Below are positions 31,387 through 40,777 of a stretch of DNA of 60,103 bases, piece by piece (positions within the stretch are counted from its first letter, which is position 1; each line of letters starts with the position of its first letter). The notes under the pieces were generated by a model that saw nothing but the letters and a program-made list of their open reading frames with translations, was not told the origin of the DNA and made no database searches. The position numbers were made by a program, and so were the translations under genes. The DNA is from a virus. Its lineage: Duplodnaviria > Caudoviricetes. The stretch spans positions 1-60,103 of IMG/VR virus record IMGVR_UViG_3300027573_000033. The stretch is one strand, 5' to 3'.

Positions 31387-33042
31387 ATGGACCATCTGAT
31401 CCTGTCGCTGGGCCATAACAGCTCGGCGATACTCGTTCGTGATAACAAGATCGTGGCAGGCTACGAGACCGAGCGCCTGTCCGGCGTCAAGTCGGACTCT
31501 AGCTTCCCTAAGGGGGCCATAGAACTGCTGATCAGCCAGTGCGGGCTCTCCGATCCGGACATATACGTCAGTCACTGGGAGCTGTTCGGCGATGTGAATA
31601 AGATGGCCAAGAAGCACTGGGATTCGGGCTATCTGGTGTCCAGGTTTCCGAAGGCCAGGATCTTCTCGACCAACGAGTACTTCACCCATCACGACGCTCA
31701 CGCGTGGAGCTCGATCACCTTCGCCGGTGACATACCATGCCAGGCCAAGGACCGCACGTTCATGATCGTGTGTGACGGGTTCGGCACGTTCGGCGAGCAC
31801 CTCAGCATCTATAGGTACATCGACGGCATACCCATCCTGATCGAGCGGAAGTACGGGTTCGGCACGTCGTTGGGCCTGCTATATCAGTACACCACCTCGT
31901 ACCTGGGGATGAAGATGAACCAGGACGAGTACAAGCTCCTGGCATTCGAGGCGCACATCGACGCCCTATTCGAGGCTAAAGCCGTATTCGAGAAGTCCCT
32001 GCGCGAGGTCATAGAAGCCACCTCCGACATGTACCTGGCCAGGCTGGGGTCCTACATGACGGAGGAGCGGACCGATCCGATGCTCAGCATCGGCGCGCTG
32101 CCCACCATAGCCAGCAACGTCGGCGACCTGCTGGCTAATACGGTTAAGGCCGTGCAGGCGAGGGACCTTAGCCACACCGAGCGCAGGATAGTCGTGGCGT
32201 ACTTCGTGCAGTCGGTGGTGGAGCGGACCCTGACGGGCCTGCTCAGCACGCTGAACATGGATAACCTGATCCTGTCAGGCGGCGTGTTCTACAACGTCAA
32301 GGTCAACAGCGCCATATCACGCATGGTCAAGGGCCGGATCGCCGTCATGCCGCTGGCCGGAGACCAGGGCGCCGGGCTTGGCGTGTATGCGGCCATGTAC
32401 CCGGAGCTGGAGTGGCCCGGTCACCTGTTCTGGGGCCATAGGCGCCTGAGCGCCGAGCAGTTCGACGGCACGCCGAACCTGAACTACTTCAGCTACGGTC
32501 AGGGGGATCGGGCCTTCGACGCCATAAACACGCAGCTCCACGTAAACGGCATGGTTAACGTCGTGCGAGGGGCGATGGAGTTCGGACCCAGGGCGCTGTG
32601 TCACACATCCACGCTAGCACGGCCGTCGGCCGAGGTGGCGGCATACATCAATCACATCAACGATCGGACGAACGAGATGCCCTTCGCCCCGGTCATGACC
32701 GCCGCCCAGGCCAACGAGAGCCTGATTGGGTGTGATAAGGTGCACAAATCCCTCGAGTATATGATCATAACCAGGGACGTGCACCCGGACCGGGGGGATG
32801 CGCTGGTCGGGGCCTCACACTTCGACAGGGATAGAATGGTGTACACCGCTCGGCCGCAGGTGGCATCTGACGCTAGGATCCTGGACCTGCTAGAGGAGCA
32901 CGGTCCGCTGATCAACACCAGCTTCAACTTCCACGGCAGGCCGATAGTGTTCGACGCGGGGCAGATACTGCACACCCACGCGCTCGAGCAACAGCGGGTC
33001 GATCAGGATCGGCCCATCGCAACCGTAGTCATAGGAGAGTAG
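31387..33042 (+). CDS. NodU/CmcH/TobZ-family O-carbamoyltransferase
   Basis: GHNSSA, ERLSGVK, HHDAHA, DGFG, SLGLLY, EYKL, SGGVFYN, GDQG, EFGPRAL, PFAP, NTSFN.HG.PIV. Confidence 0.95.
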   Translation: MDHLILSLGHNSSAILVRDNKIVAGYETERLSGVKSDSSFPKGAIELLISQCGLSDPDIYVSHWELFGDVNKMAKKHWDSGYLVSRFPKARIFSTNEYFTHHDAHAWSSITFAGDIPCQAKDRTFMIVCDGFGTFGEHLSIYRYIDGIPILIERKYGFGTSLGLLYQYTTSYLGMKMNQDEYKLLAFEAHIDALFEAKAVFEKSLREVIEATSDMYLARLGSYMTEERTDPMLSIGALPTIASNVGDLLANTVKAVQARDLSHTERRIVVAYFVQSVVERTLTGLLSTLNMDNLILSGGVFYNVKVNSAISRMVKGRIAVMPLAGDQGAGLGVYAAMYPELEWPGHLFWGHRRLSAEQFDGTPNLNYFSYGQGDRAFDAINTQLHVNGMVNVVRGAMEFGPRALCHTSTLARPSAEVAAYINHINDRTNEMPFAPVMTAAQANESLIGCDKVHKSLEYMIITRDVHPDRGDALVGASHFDRDRMVYTARPQVASDARILDLLEEHGPLINTSFNFHGRPIVFDAGQILHTHALEQQRVDQDRPIATVVIGE

Positions 33043-33043
33043 A

Positions 33044-33439
33044 GTGAAACATTCGCTGGAGCAGGTCATGCGGTTCAACCACGAGATCCTCGGGATCGAG
33101 CCTCGCATCCTCGGCCCGATGCAGCCGGACGAGGCGGATCACCTGGTCAGGTGCCTGGACGAGGAGACGAGCGAGTTCACGGCGGCCTTCGTCAATCACG
33201 ATTTCATTGGCCAGATCGACTCGATCATGGACCTGATGTACTTCGCCATGGGCGGCCTGTACAAGATGGGCCTGTCCGCCGAGACGGCCGAACAGATCTT
33301 CTCCGCCATCCATGACGCCAACATGACCAAGAAAAAGGGCGTGGTGGCGAGGCGCGACAACGGATCGCCCGACGCCATCAAGCCCGAGGGGTGGCGCTCG
33401 CCAGAGGAGAGGATCGCCGAGATCCTAGACGGGGCGTAA
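33044..33439 (+). CDS. MazG/PRA-PH-like nucleotide pyrophosphohydrolase
   Basis: EE..E, D...D..YF..G, H.ANM.K, KPEGW..P. Confidence 0.85.
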   Translation: MKHSLEQVMRFNHEILGIEPRILGPMQPDEADHLVRCLDEETSEFTAAFVNHDFIGQIDSIMDLMYFAMGGLYKMGLSAETAEQIFSAIHDANMTKKKGVVARRDNGSPDAIKPEGWRSPEERIAEILDGA

Positions 33440-33440
33440 C

Positions 33441-33968
33441 ATGATCGTGCTCGAGGGGCCGGATAACTCCGGAAAGACAACACTGGCCGACGCTCTAAGG
33501 CGCGAATTCGCCTTCGAGAAGTTCACGGCCGGACCAGCCCCGTCAACCCATGACGAGCTCGTGCGATGCCTGCACGATCAGGAGGGTCGCATCTGGCAGC
33601 CATGCATCCACGACCGGGTCACCTGCATCAGCCAGCAGGTGTACTCGGGCCGTGACGCCATGCTCGACGCGTTTTTGCGTCGCATGGCCGGGCCGGCCGT
33701 TATCGTGTACTGCCGCCCGCCGGAGCGGACCCTGATGGATTTCTCCACACACAGGGTGAAGGGTTATGATACTGAGGAGTCGCTGCGCAGGCTCATGGAC
33801 CGGCAGCACGAATACATCGGTCGGTACGACGACCTGATGAGCACGGTCGGCCACGTCAAGTACGACTGGACCGACGAGGGGCTGAACAAGGACGGGTTCA
33901 TCCAGTTCGTTCATTACGCCATGATGGACGAGTCGATCAAACGAAACCTTTACGGGCTACCGGCATGA
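33441..33968 (+). CDS. P-loop dNMP kinase
   Basis: IVLEGPDNSGKTT, DR...S..VY. Confidence 0.85.
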   Translation: MIVLEGPDNSGKTTLADALRREFAFEKFTAGPAPSTHDELVRCLHDQEGRIWQPCIHDRVTCISQQVYSGRDAMLDAFLRRMAGPAVIVYCRPPERTLMDFSTHRVKGYDTEESLRRLMDRQHEYIGRYDDLMSTVGHVKYDWTDEGLNKDGFIQFVHYAMMDESIKRNLYGLPA

Positions 33969-34789
33969 GCAACTCGAACTGTAGGGCCTTCCTCCACATG
34001 TACCGCGAGCTGATGTGCGGATGGAAGGTGTCACCGAGGGGGTCAGAGGTGTTAGAGTGTGAGGACTTCGTGCTTAACCTGCACATGGACGAGTCTGTCC
34101 TCACGTCGTTCTTAGCGCGTAACCTGAATCTCAAGTACGCGAAGTCGGAGTTCATCTGGTACATGCGTGGCGACCCGTACGACACGTACATCGAGCAGTT
34201 CGCGTCCATGTGGCCGAAGATCAAGCAGCCGGCCGGGTTCTACTTCTCGAACTACGGCAAGTACCTCTTCGCCGACGGTCAGGTCAGGTGGGTCATCAAC
34301 GAGCTGACCCGTGATCGGGACTCGAGGCGAGAGTCGATCGTACTGCTGGATCAGGACCACATATTCGCGGATAACCGCGATATGGTGTGCACGTACAGCA
34401 TGAACTTCAGGATCCGTCGCCACCAGCTGAACATGTCAGTGAACATGCGCAGCAATGACGCCATATTCGGCACCACAAACGACGTATTCTCGTTCGCCAT
34501 GGTGTACGAGATCGTGTACGCGTACCTCCGCCTGACGAGATACCCAGACCTGTGTCGCGGCCTGTACTCACACAAGGTCGACAGCCTGCACGTGTATCAG
34601 AGACACTGGGACATGCTCGGCTCCATCCTGCACCACGGCGAGGCCGGCTACAAGCACATCCCCGTCCCGGAGATCCTCTCCCTGTCGGAGGCCGAGGCCA
34701 TGTTACACTATCACAAGACAAAAGGAGAGGGCATTGTATGTCCGCCAGCGTGGGAACTGATGACATGGCTGCATACCGACCAAGCGTAG
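33965..34789 (+). CDS. Thymidylate-synthase homologue, predicted dCMP hydroxymethylase
   Basis: SRR, catalytic D..CT, MRSNDAIFGTTND with Asp at the position of E. coli ThyA Asn177 / T4 gp42 Asp179, and SLHVY. Confidence 0.85.
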   Translation: MSNSNCRAFLHMYRELMCGWKVSPRGSEVLECEDFVLNLHMDESVLTSFLARNLNLKYAKSEFIWYMRGDPYDTYIEQFASMWPKIKQPAGFYFSNYGKYLFADGQVRWVINELTRDRDSRRESIVLLDQDHIFADNRDMVCTYSMNFRIRRHQLNMSVNMRSNDAIFGTTNDVFSFAMVYEIVYAYLRLTRYPDLCRGLYSHKVDSLHVYQRHWDMLGSILHHGEAGYKHIPVPEILSLSEAEAMLHYHKTKGEGIVCPPAWELMTWLHTDQA

Positions 34790-35226
34790 ATGAGTACTTC
34801 CTTGGCATGGCAGAGCTGGCGTCCTACCGAGGGACCTGTGCGCGTCGAAGGGTGGGTTGTATTCTCGTCGACCGAAACAATCGTGTACTCTCGACGGGGT
34901 ATAACGGAGTTGCGTCCGGGCTACCTCATTGTACAGATACGCCTTGTCCGGGGGCCGGCCTACCATCCGGTACGGGTCTACATCTCTGTCAGGCCATTCA
35001 CGCGGAGGCCAACGCCCTGATCAGCTGTCGTGACCCGGAGGACATATACGCCGCGTACTGCACCGCCTCGCCGTGCGTGCAGTGTGTGCGCATGCTGATG
35101 AATACGCCGTGCATCAAGATAGTTTTCGCCGAGGAGTATCCGCACTCGGAGTCAAGGGACCTGTGGACGTTTAACAGGGTTTATGGCCGGGATGACCGGC
35201 AGTGGATTCACATACCTAAGGGATGA
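34765..35226 (+). CDS. dCMP deaminase
   Basis: R.TC.RR.VG, TGYNG, HAEANA, SPCVQC. Confidence 0.92.
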   Translation: MAAYRPSVDEYFLGMAELASYRGTCARRRVGCILVDRNNRVLSTGYNGVASGLPHCTDTPCPGAGLPSGTGLHLCQAIHAEANALISCRDPEDIYAAYCTASPCVQCVRMLMNTPCIKIVFAEEYPHSESRDLWTFNRVYGRDDRQWIHIPKG

Positions 35227-35227
35227 C

Positions 35228-35404
35228 ATGGACGTGACTGACGTTTCCAAGCGCAAGAGGGTCCTCGAAAACCAGATCCTGGCCTCTATCGAGGAGTTCG
35301 AGCGCGATACGCTCACCACCGTGATGAGCGTCGATGTCCAGAGGTTTGAGGTGACCGGCGAGAGGGACCACGTGCTGGTCACGAGCAGGGTGGAGGTGCA
35401 GTGA
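35228..35404 (+). CDS. 58-aa hypothetical protein
   Basis: Packed between the deaminase and the ligase, GTGA overlap. Confidence 0.6.
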   Translation: MDVTDVSKRKRVLENQILASIEEFERDTLTTVMSVDVQRFEVTGERDHVLVTSRVEVQ

Positions 35405-36468
35405 TCACCCTATATCGCAGCAATAAGCTGGGCGTGGGCACGTGGCGCATCTGGGCCGAGGGCAACGTCGTGAAGATGGCTCACTCCACTGTGAGCGGAG
35501 GGGCCGAGGTGTTCCACGAGGAGGTGGTGCCCATAGGCCTGGCCGGCAGGACGCTAGAGCAACAGGTGATATCGAGGGTGCAGTCCCGGATCAACCGACA
35601 GCGTGATCGAGGGTACGTAGATAGTCATGAGATCGCGTCGACCCAGCCGGTGCTCAACACCCTCAACCTGCCACCGCCCATGCTAGCCAAGAAGCTGGAC
35701 GACCTTCGTGTGTGGCCCGGCAAGGTGATCGTGCAGCCCAAGCTGGACGGGTTCAGGTGTCTCGTCACCCGTCGGCCGGATGGGTCGGTCATCTGCTACT
35801 CGCGCCAGGGCAAGGAGCTGGACGCCCTTCGCCACATCGCCACGGCGTTCGAGGGCACCCTGCCGGACGGGATCATCCTCGACGGGGAGATATACAGGCA
35901 TGGCACTCCGCTGCAGACCATCGCATCGCTGGCCAAGAAGGCCCAGCCCGGCACGGAGAAGCTCGTCCTACACGTGTACGACTCGATCAGTCGTGATATG
36001 TTCCCGGATCGGTACGCCGACGCCGCTACGGCCGTGGCCGTGGCGGCGTCCGATCGGGTGGTTGTAGTCCCAAATCAGGTGGCGAAGACCGCCAATGAGG
36101 TGTGGGATTACTTCGAGGATTTTAGGGTGCACGGGTACGAGGGCGCTATGGTGCGGATCCCGTCCTCACCGTACGAGAGCGGGACCAGGTCATCGGGCCT
36201 GCTAAAGGTCAAGGCCAGGGAGGACGCCGAGTTCGAGGTTACCGGCGTGGTGGAGGGGTCGGACGGCCTCGGCGTCCTTGTGTGCAAGATGCCGTCCGGC
36301 CGGACCTTTCGCACCCTCGCCCCGGGCCCGCACGATCAGAAGAGGTTCGTCTTCGTGCATCGGGACCAGTTCATCGGGCGTCGTGTGACGGTGGAGTACG
36401 CCAACCTCACCAATGACGGAATCCCGTTCCACCCCGTCGCCACTCGCTGGCGCCCGCTGACCGAGTAG
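35401..36468 (+). CDS. ATP-dependent DNA ligase
   Basis: QPKLDGFR, SRQGK, LDGEIY, YEGAMVR, LLKVK, OB fold G.P.HP. Confidence 0.93.
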   Translation: MITLYRSNKLGVGTWRIWAEGNVVKMAHSTVSGGAEVFHEEVVPIGLAGRTLEQQVISRVQSRINRQRDRGYVDSHEIASTQPVLNTLNLPPPMLAKKLDDLRVWPGKVIVQPKLDGFRCLVTRRPDGSVICYSRQGKELDALRHIATAFEGTLPDGIILDGEIYRHGTPLQTIASLAKKAQPGTEKLVLHVYDSISRDMFPDRYADAATAVAVAASDRVVVVPNQVAKTANEVWDYFEDFRVHGYEGAMVRIPSSPYESGTRSSGLLKVKAREDAEFEVTGVVEGSDGLGVLVCKMPSGRTFRTLAPGPHDQKRFVFVHRDQFIGRRVTVEYANLTNDGIPFHPVATRWRPLTE

Positions 36469-36483
36469 GGCTGTCAGAACTAG

Positions 36484-36520
36484 CGGGTGGTAGCTACCTA
36501 GCTACCACCCGTGTTATTTT
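36484..36520. terminator. Hairpin between the convergent arms
   Basis: CGGGTGGTAGCTA-CC-TAGCTACCACCCG followed by a T-rich tract. Confidence 0.65.
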
Positions 36521-36570
36521 ACGACAGACCGGTGCGCTCTCCAGCTACTTCAAAATAGCTACTACGTAGT

Positions 36571-36642
36571 TATATACGTTGATAGTTTTACGTAAGCTCA
36601 CGTGTGTTATAATTACGTATATAAAACAACTACTTACGAAGT
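36571..36642 (+). repeat. 72-bp dispersed element, copy C, with IHF-like site
   Basis: TATATACGTTG...TGTGTTATAAT...AAACAACTACTTACGAAGT; ungapped alignment to copies A and B. Confidence 0.75.
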
Positions 36643-36644
36643 AG

Positions 36645-37148
36645 CTATTCGCCCATCATCGCCTTGATGATCGTCAGCGGCCCGGTGTACGCCTTCGGAT
36701 CGTGCTTGTTCCGCCACGCCTCGCCCCAGCTGCGGAAGGCATTGATCTCCGCCGTCGTCCCGCCGACCGCGCCCGCCCAGCGCAGGTCTTGCTTCGTCTT
36801 GTCCTTGTACGGCCCCATCATGTTCGCGAAGTAGGCGGCGTCGACCTCGTCCAGATCGGCCAGCGGCACGTTGCCGTCGTGGTACTCCGCCTGATAGGCG
36901 GCGTCGCCCGTCGTCAGGTTCTCTTCGCGCAGCTGCGTCGCCTCGTTGTCGGGCATGCGGTGCATCCCGATGACGAGGTCGATGAACGCCCTCTGGTCGT
37001 CGGGCATCGCGCCCTGCGTGTGCGTCTGCGTCGTGGCGGCTTCGATGTCGTACTTGGTGACCACCGGACCGGGGATGCGCATAAGCAGTTCGGCGAGCGC
37101 CGCCTTCAGGTCGTCCAGCTTGGCGGCGATAGTTTCGAGTTCGGTCAT
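36645..37148 (-). CDS. Hypothetical protein, last gene of the late arm
   Basis: Start MTELETI after AGGAG; ATGA overlap. Confidence 0.65.
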   Translation of the reverse strand: MTELETIAAKLDDLKAALAELLMRIPGPVVTKYDIEAATTQTHTQGAMPDDQRAFIDLVIGMHRMPDNEATQLREENLTTGDAAYQAEYHDGNVPLADLDEVDAAYFANMMGPYKDKTKQDLRWAGAVGGTTAEINAFRSWGEAWRNKHDPKAYTGPLTIIKAMMGE

Positions 37149-39718
37149 GACCATTCTCCTTCGTAGGCAGGTAACCCAAATGGCGCGAAGCTCAGTTGCA
37201 GCGTCGCGTAGTTCACGATGGAATCCGCCTCTGCGGCGGTCAACGCTAGCGCGTAGGTGAAGAACAGCGGCGTCAGCAGGACATCCCACGTCGCAAGCGT
37301 AGTGCGGCTGCCAGCGGACGTGTCGTGCAGCAGGACACGGACCCTGCCGCCGTAGGGCGCCCGCGCCCGGACATGCACGACGTGGCCGTTACCGGTCAGC
37401 GGGTCGGTGATGGTCGACAGCTGCACGAAGCAATTGCTGCCGGGCACCACGCAGGTGATGTACTCGGCGTCGTTCTCGTTGACCTCGTCTAGGGTGCTAT
37501 ACAGCAGCGTACCTTCACTCGGCGTCCACGCCCCCGTGAGAACGTCGGCCGACGGCCGCGCGTGCTGCAGCGACGTGCCAGCGGTCGTGCCGATTGAAAT
37601 GAGGTCGGTGTCGTAGTCAGTATAGTCCTCGTAGTATCCCTGCGCCCAGAACACCTTGATGCCGTCGTGCCCGATTACCGAGTACGGGCGGATGTTCTTC
37701 TCCGTGCTGCCGCTGGTGATGTCGGCGGTCTTGTTCCACGTCGCACCGTTGTCGGTGGTCTCCCACTGCTGAATCTCGTGATAGCTGCCGACCTTGACGC
37801 TGACGTAGACGCGATTGGTGTCGTTTCCGTCGAAGCTCATCAGGCCGCTGTAGAACGGCTCGTTCACGGGCGCGATGCCGCCGCCCATCGCCACGATCTG
37901 CACCGCAGCGGTCCATGAAGTGCCGTTGAATCGCGTAAACATGCAGCGGTGATCGCTGCTGGTCTCAAACCGCACGAACAGCAGGCGCGGATTCCCGTCG
38001 GGGCCGATACGCACCTGCGTCATCACGCAGTTCGATGAGCCAGAGTCGTAGACCAGCGTGCCGTCGGTCGCCCGCACCGGCATCGACATGACCGTGCCGT
38101 CGGCCTTATGCGGGATAAAAGCGCCGTTCGTTTCCGTGAAGTACAGGTGATAGATGTCAGCGTGCCCGTCCCCCTGCGCCGGGTGCTGTGTGACGTAGCA
38201 GCAATCGACACGGTTCGGCCCGTTCTGCGTCATCGTGGTGTACGGGTTTTTGTTCCCGTATGAGTCGGTGTCGATGAAGCAAAATTCGCTTCCGAATGTC
38301 ACGAAGTCCGTAGTTCGCACCGCGTAGTCGAGCCGGTTGGCGGTCGGCTGGAAGCAAACCCAGTAGTAGTTCCCGATCTTGATGATGTTGGAGTAGTTCG
38401 CCTGTGTCCAGTAGGTGTAGCGAACCGGCCCCCACGTCCCGATGTCATAGGGGTTGATGCTGACCTGCGCCATCGGGCGCGTCGTGCCGTGCTCGGCGTA
38501 GGCGATGGCGATGCGCCCGTCGGGCAGGAATACCATCGCCGGGTTGTTGTGGTCATCGCCCTGGAAGTTATCGCGCACGATGACGCGCTGCGTGTCACCT
38601 GTCGCCGGGGTGTACTTCCACATGACCATGTCGCCGCCGGTGGCGACCTTTGACATGCCGCCGCCGTAGTACACGCCGTTGTGGTAGAGCATCCGCTCTT
38701 CGTTGGGGGCGCCGACCCAGACCGCGTCGGCGCATACCGTTCCTCCTCCGCCCGTGCCCGGACCGCCTTCGCCGAAGTTGACGCCCGCGCTGCCGCTAAT
38801 GGTGAGCGTGCCGCTTCCGACGTAGTTGTTCGTGTGCGACTGGCGGCTGGTTGTCGCCGCGCCGGTGAAGATGAGATAGCCGCTGCCGACGTAGTCCTGC
38901 GATGCGGTTCCGCCAGCCTCCTGCCGCAGGACCGGGCGGTGCTTCTGCGTGCGGAACAGCTGCCACGGATTGACTGACAGGCTTTGTAGGTCAGCGTGGT
39001 CAAGGCGCCCAAACAGCGGCACGACTAGGGCCACGTCGAAGGCGCCAACGCTCGCCGAAGCCGTCGTGCGCACGACGCCGTTCGCGCACATATGCTGGAA
39101 CGTCGTCGCCGCCAGCGTCGCTGGGGCGGCCGTCCCCTCGCCTTCGAACATGCCGTCGACGTAGGCACGGCGCAGGCTGGTGCCGCCGCCGCCGAGGTCG
39201 ATCAGTGAGGAGGACAGCGCGATGGTGTGCCAGCGCATGTCGGACACCGCGACCGCGCCCGTGGTGAGGATGGCCGGATTCGGTGCGGTGTACGTGCCCC
39301 CGCCTGAATCCTGAATGTAGAAGCGCAGGATGTTCGCGCCCGACGAGTCGCCGGCCAGAAACATCAGCGTGTTGCCCGCCGAGCCGGAGTCGGAGCCGAA
39401 GGCGGCGATGGCGTTAGCGTCGATGCTCGACGTGCGCTTGCGGAACACACAGACGAAGCTGAACCACTGGTCGGTGCCGAGCACCAGCGGGCGGCGCATC
39501 TTGGCGTGCACCATCGAAGAGCCGGAGCCCTCCCACGCCGGGAAACCGTCGCCCCCGATGATCCTCGGCCCGCCGGTGAGGACTAGCGGGCCGCCCGCGC
39601 TGACCGCGCCGAGCGATGGCAGCAGCGCGCCGCCGACCTGAGCACCGCCGAATGCCTCTACTAGCTCCGCCCCGGCCTGTACCGATGCGCCGGTCGGAAG
39701 GAGTTTCGTGAACCGCAT
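37145..39718 (-). CDS. Multidomain fibre adhesin: LamG, short rope, BNR-type propeller and C-terminal 'socket' domain
   Basis: LamG WH.I and NPWQLF; two YVGSG.L...G.A repeats; DDHNNP and T.DNGATW Asp-box; RPSAD...W...LDE...DAEYI. Confidence 0.7.
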   Translation of the reverse strand: MRFTKLLPTGASVQAGAELVEAFGGAQVGGALLPSLGAVSAGGPLVLTGGPRIIGGDGFPAWEGSGSSMVHAKMRRPLVLGTDQWFSFVCVFRKRTSSIDANAIAAFGSDSGSAGNTLMFLAGDSSGANILRFYIQDSGGGTYTAPNPAILTTGAVAVSDMRWHTIALSSSLIDLGGGGTSLRRAYVDGMFEGEGTAAPATLAATTFQHMCANGVVRTTASASVGAFDVALVVPLFGRLDHADLQSLSVNPWQLFRTQKHRPVLRQEAGGTASQDYVGSGYLIFTGAATTSRQSHTNNYVGSGTLTISGSAGVNFGEGGPGTGGGGTVCADAVWVGAPNEERMLYHNGVYYGGGMSKVATGGDMVMWKYTPATGDTQRVIVRDNFQGDDHNNPAMVFLPDGRIAIAYAEHGTTRPMAQVSINPYDIGTWGPVRYTYWTQANYSNIIKIGNYYWVCFQPTANRLDYAVRTTDFVTFGSEFCFIDTDSYGNKNPYTTMTQNGPNRVDCCYVTQHPAQGDGHADIYHLYFTETNGAFIPHKADGTVMSMPVRATDGTLVYDSGSSNCVMTQVRIGPDGNPRLLFVRFETSSDHRCMFTRFNGTSWTAAVQIVAMGGGIAPVNEPFYSGLMSFDGNDTNRVYVSVKVGSYHEIQQWETTDNGATWNKTADITSGSTEKNIRPYSVIGHDGIKVFWAQGYYEDYTDYDTDLISIGTTAGTSLQHARPSADVLTGAWTPSEGTLLYSTLDEVNENDAEYITCVVPGSNCFVQLSTITDPLTGNGHVVHVRARAPYGGRVRVLLHDTSAGSRTTLATWDVLLTPLFFTYALALTAAEADSIVNYATLQLSFAPFGLPAYEGEWS

Positions 39719-39721
39719 CGC

Positions 39722-40240
39722 TTACACCGACTGGTTCTGGATGCGCTCGTAGTGCAGGTAGAAGTTCGACCCGGTCGAGTCAAGATTCTGCCCGGTGTCA
39801 TGGGTCACGAACGCGCACCAGAAGGGCGGCAGCACGCCACCATATAGACCCGCCACCGATATGGGCCGAATGAAGTAGTCGACACCTGTCGTCGTCGCCG
39901 GGTAGATCGTCAGCGCGGGCTGCATCATCGCCCACTTCTGGCCGTCATTGACAAGCGTTTGCGAAGCATCGGTGCCGAATGTGTGCGGAAACGTTGGCGT
40001 GCCAGTGACGATCTTGATCGGCGCGGCTACCCATATCTCAATCGCTTTGTTTGCCGTGAGCGCCACCGAGCCGACGCGAAGGCTGCCGGACAGCAGGTGA
40101 TCGAGGTCGAGGTTCGTGGTGTTGTCAACGTACACCGACGAACGCCCGACCAGCCGCGTCGAAGAGGTCGCCAGCGACGCCAGTGTGATGGTCAGCGCAA
40201 CGCTCGACGTTGCCGGATATTTGGTCTTGAAGTCAGCCAT
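39722..40240 (-). CDS. Fibre tip/adaptor subunit (jelly-roll-like)
   Basis: ITLASLA.SS...GR.S..VDNT, YGG.LP..W...V.HDTG; precedes the LamG protein. Confidence 0.55.
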   Translation of the reverse strand: MADFKTKYPATSSVALTITLASLATSSTRLVGRSSVYVDNTTNLDLDHLLSGSLRVGSVALTANKAIEIWVAAPIKIVTGTPTFPHTFGTDASQTLVNDGQKWAMMQPALTIYPATTTGVDYFIRPISVAGLYGGVLPPFWCAFVTHDTGQNLDSTGSNFYLHYERIQNQSV

Positions 40241-40249
40241 GATCGGCTC

Positions 40250-40645
40250 CTAGTCGGCGTTGATAGTCGGCGTCACGCGGATCACGTCGCCGTTGTCCGC
40301 GATGTTGTATGGGCCATTCGTGAAGCGCTCGGCGTAGACCAGCAAGCCGGAACTCGTCTGCGTCATGTAGTAGCCATACACGTTCTGGTTCTGCGATCCG
40401 GCCGACGACGTGAACGCCTGCTGCGCGTAGCTCGCCAAACCGCCGGACACCGACCAGCTTGACCCGGTCAGCGTCACGTTGGCGTAGCCGGTGAAGTTTG
40501 CCTCGGTGTAGTCGCTCGCGGTGTGCGTGTCGACCGGCGTCTGATCGTTGCGGAACAGCCGCAGGACGAGGTTCTGCCCGGCGGTGTGATTGAGCAGCGC
40601 CTTCAGCGCGAGGTCCTCGCCGCCGTTGACCAGTACGAGTGCCAT
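40250..40645 (-). CDS. Fibre 'bead' subunit (Gp80-like) of the second module
   Basis: N.GE..AL, L.LF.ND, YTEA.F.GYA, YGYY, AERF...GD.I.VTP. Confidence 0.6.
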   Translation of the reverse strand: MALVLVNGGEDLALKALLNHTAGQNLVLRLFRNDQTPVDTHTASDYTEANFTGYANVTLTGSSWSVSGGLASYAQQAFTSSAGSQNQNVYGYYMTQTSSGLLVYAERFTNGPYNIADNGDVIRVTPTINAD

Positions 40646-40654
40646 GCCGCGCTC

Positions 40655-40777
40655 CTACTTGATGAGAAAGGCGAAGCCAGCGACGGCCCAGCCGATGGAC
40701 GTGACGATGAGCGCGATACTTGCCTCGCGCGGATGGGCGGCGACCTGCGCCGCGAGTTTGTCGAGGAACTTCTTCAT
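40655..40777 (-). CDS. 40-aa membrane protein
   Basis: MKKFLDKLAAQVAAHPREASIALIVTSIGWAVAGFAFLIK; GGAGG RBS. Confidence 0.55.
   Translation of the reverse strand: MKKFLDKLAAQVAAHPREASIALIVTSIGWAVAGFAFLIK

Noticed and set aside
33965-34789. Canonical thyA or dUMP hydroxymethylase
   Set aside because: The specificity residue is Asp, not Asn, which indicates a dCMP substrate.
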